NCBI GenBank assembly: GCA_012520055.1
Contig: JAAYPA010000029.1
Coordinates: 1 to 40,095 of the forward strand
DNA length: 40,095 nt
Source of the DNA: Mollicutes bacterium
GTDB taxonomy: Bacteria > Bacillota_I > Bacilli_A > RF39 > UBA660
Direction: 5' to 3'
In this document: one piece after another, positions 39,026 to 40,095 of the stretch
Position numbering within the stretch: position 1 is the first letter of the stretch
Layout: each line of letters begins with the position of its first letter
Notes under the pieces: model-generated
Seen by the model: only the letters and a program-made list of their open reading frames with translations
Database searches by the model: none
Told to the model about the DNA's origin: nothing
Made by a program: the position numbers and the translations under genes

Positions 39026-40095
39026 TTATTCTGTTACTCGGTAAGGATTCGTTAGTGTTCCTTCTCCGGTTACGATTATATCAGCTTTTAAATTAATGAC
39101 CGGACGTAAACTATCATATTCTACTGTCCTTGTAACACTAGTACCAGAGATGTTAGCATGATAATCTATAGCCCATATAGTTGCTTCTTTATCAATATCA
39201 AAAAATGCATAAGGGGACATTGTATAATATGGGAAAAATACAAATAAATAGTTGTTAACATTTTGAGTCCCATAAATTAAACCGGCTATCATTGCCTCAT
39301 CAATAGTAATTAATCCAACCGGATATGTTAATGCTCCGTTTCCTTTAATTGTGTCTATGGTAGTAAAACGGTCATTTTTTAAGGCACATTTTAAAGTAGG
39401 GTTTTTCTCGGTGTATATTCTAAATCTGGGAGCATAACTAGAGTAAAATTGCCCATAACCCAGTGATTCAATTTCATCACCGCTAATTTCTTCAGCAAAT
39501 TGACGATCATTACAAAAAATATTATCAGCTATTTTATTTTCAAATAGTTGACCAGATATATTTTCTTCATACCACAAATCTAATTGCACTTTAGCATCAC
39601 TATCTGTTTGATTATAATTTGCAGCTGCCGGTATAGAACCATTTCTTTGGGTAGAAGCAACTCCTTTTGGACCACCATACATATAGCCAACATATTTGTT
39701 ATCATTAAAAACACTTGAATATGTGTAAAATCCTATTACAGTTTCAGGCCCTATGTCATTCATAGTACCATTTTGATCAAAATCTTCTTCAGTACCATTG
39801 TATATTATTCTAATTGATCCATCTCCATTAATACGTAAGATTTTCCATTGAAATCCACCAAATATTAGATTGTTTTTTAGGATATTTTTATTACCTCGAT
39901 AATAATAGCTAGTTCCATATTCATCTTCCATAGCATAAATTCCGGTGTCGCTTTCCGTAGATATCGATGAAAAATTAGGATTTCCTTTTGATATTATTGC
40001 CGAAGTACCATCTTCTTGCCATAATATTGCATTTCTAAGTGTTAAAGGTACCGGATTATATCTCAAATTAGCTGTCATCGTAATCTTGGCACTAA
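39026..40095 (-). CDS. Third paralog of the lectin-like head family (5' end outside the window)
   Basis: Frame is open to the window edge (SAKITMTANL...); KGNPNF, EYGTSYYYRG, FQWKILRINGDGSIRI, FCNDR, SLRPV..GEGTLTNPY. Confidence 0.82.
   Translation of the reverse strand, partial: SAKITMTANLRYNPVPLTLRNAILWQEDGTSAIISKGNPNFSSISTESDTGIYAMEDEYGTSYYYRGNKNILKNNLIFGGFQWKILRINGDGSIRIIYNGTEEDFDQNGTMNDIGPETVIGFYTYSSVFNDNKYVGYMYGGPKGVASTQRNGSIPAAANYNQTDSDAKVQLDLWYEENISGQLFENKIADNIFCNDRQFAEEISGDEIESLGYGQFYSSYAPRFRIYTEKNPTLKCALKNDRFTTIDTIKGNGALTYPVGLITIDEAMIAGLIYGTQNVNNYLFVFFPYYTMSPYAFFDIDKEATIWAIDYHANISGTSVTRTVEYDSLRPVINLKADIIVTGEGTLTNPYRVTE

Noticed and set aside
1-40095. tRNA, rRNA, CRISPR arrays, riboswitches, prophage genes
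   Set aside because: None recognised by eye; short structured RNAs could be missed without a covariance search.

Overview
Low-GC (roughly 27%, estimated by eye) chromosomal segment using standard code 11. Gene content suggests a genome-reduced, spore-forming member of Bacilli (RF39/Erysipelotrichales-like; this is an inference). Sporulation genes: spoIIAA-sigF-spoVAC/D/E, dacB-spmA-spmB, a YqfQ-like and a ferritin-like gene. Housekeeping genes: rnj, nfo, rlmD, rluB, a phosphohexomutase, gpmI, cdaA-cdaR, yebC. Type IV pilus parts: pilC, a prepilin peptidase and a pilin. One frameshift-damaged IS3-family element sits in a terminator loop. The most unusual content is (1) a SipW-dependent TasA/camelysin-like fibre family in which some subunits are fused to a variable C-terminal 'W..SP...GVRP' lectin-like head, and the same head also occurs on a pilin-like scaffold; (2) a spoIIA operon with no spoIIAB whose SpoIIAA has lost the phosphoacceptor serine; (3) strong over-representation of CCGG; and (4) an unannotated hexa-cysteine micro-ORF. 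No rRNA, tRNA, CRISPR array or reverse transcriptase was seen.
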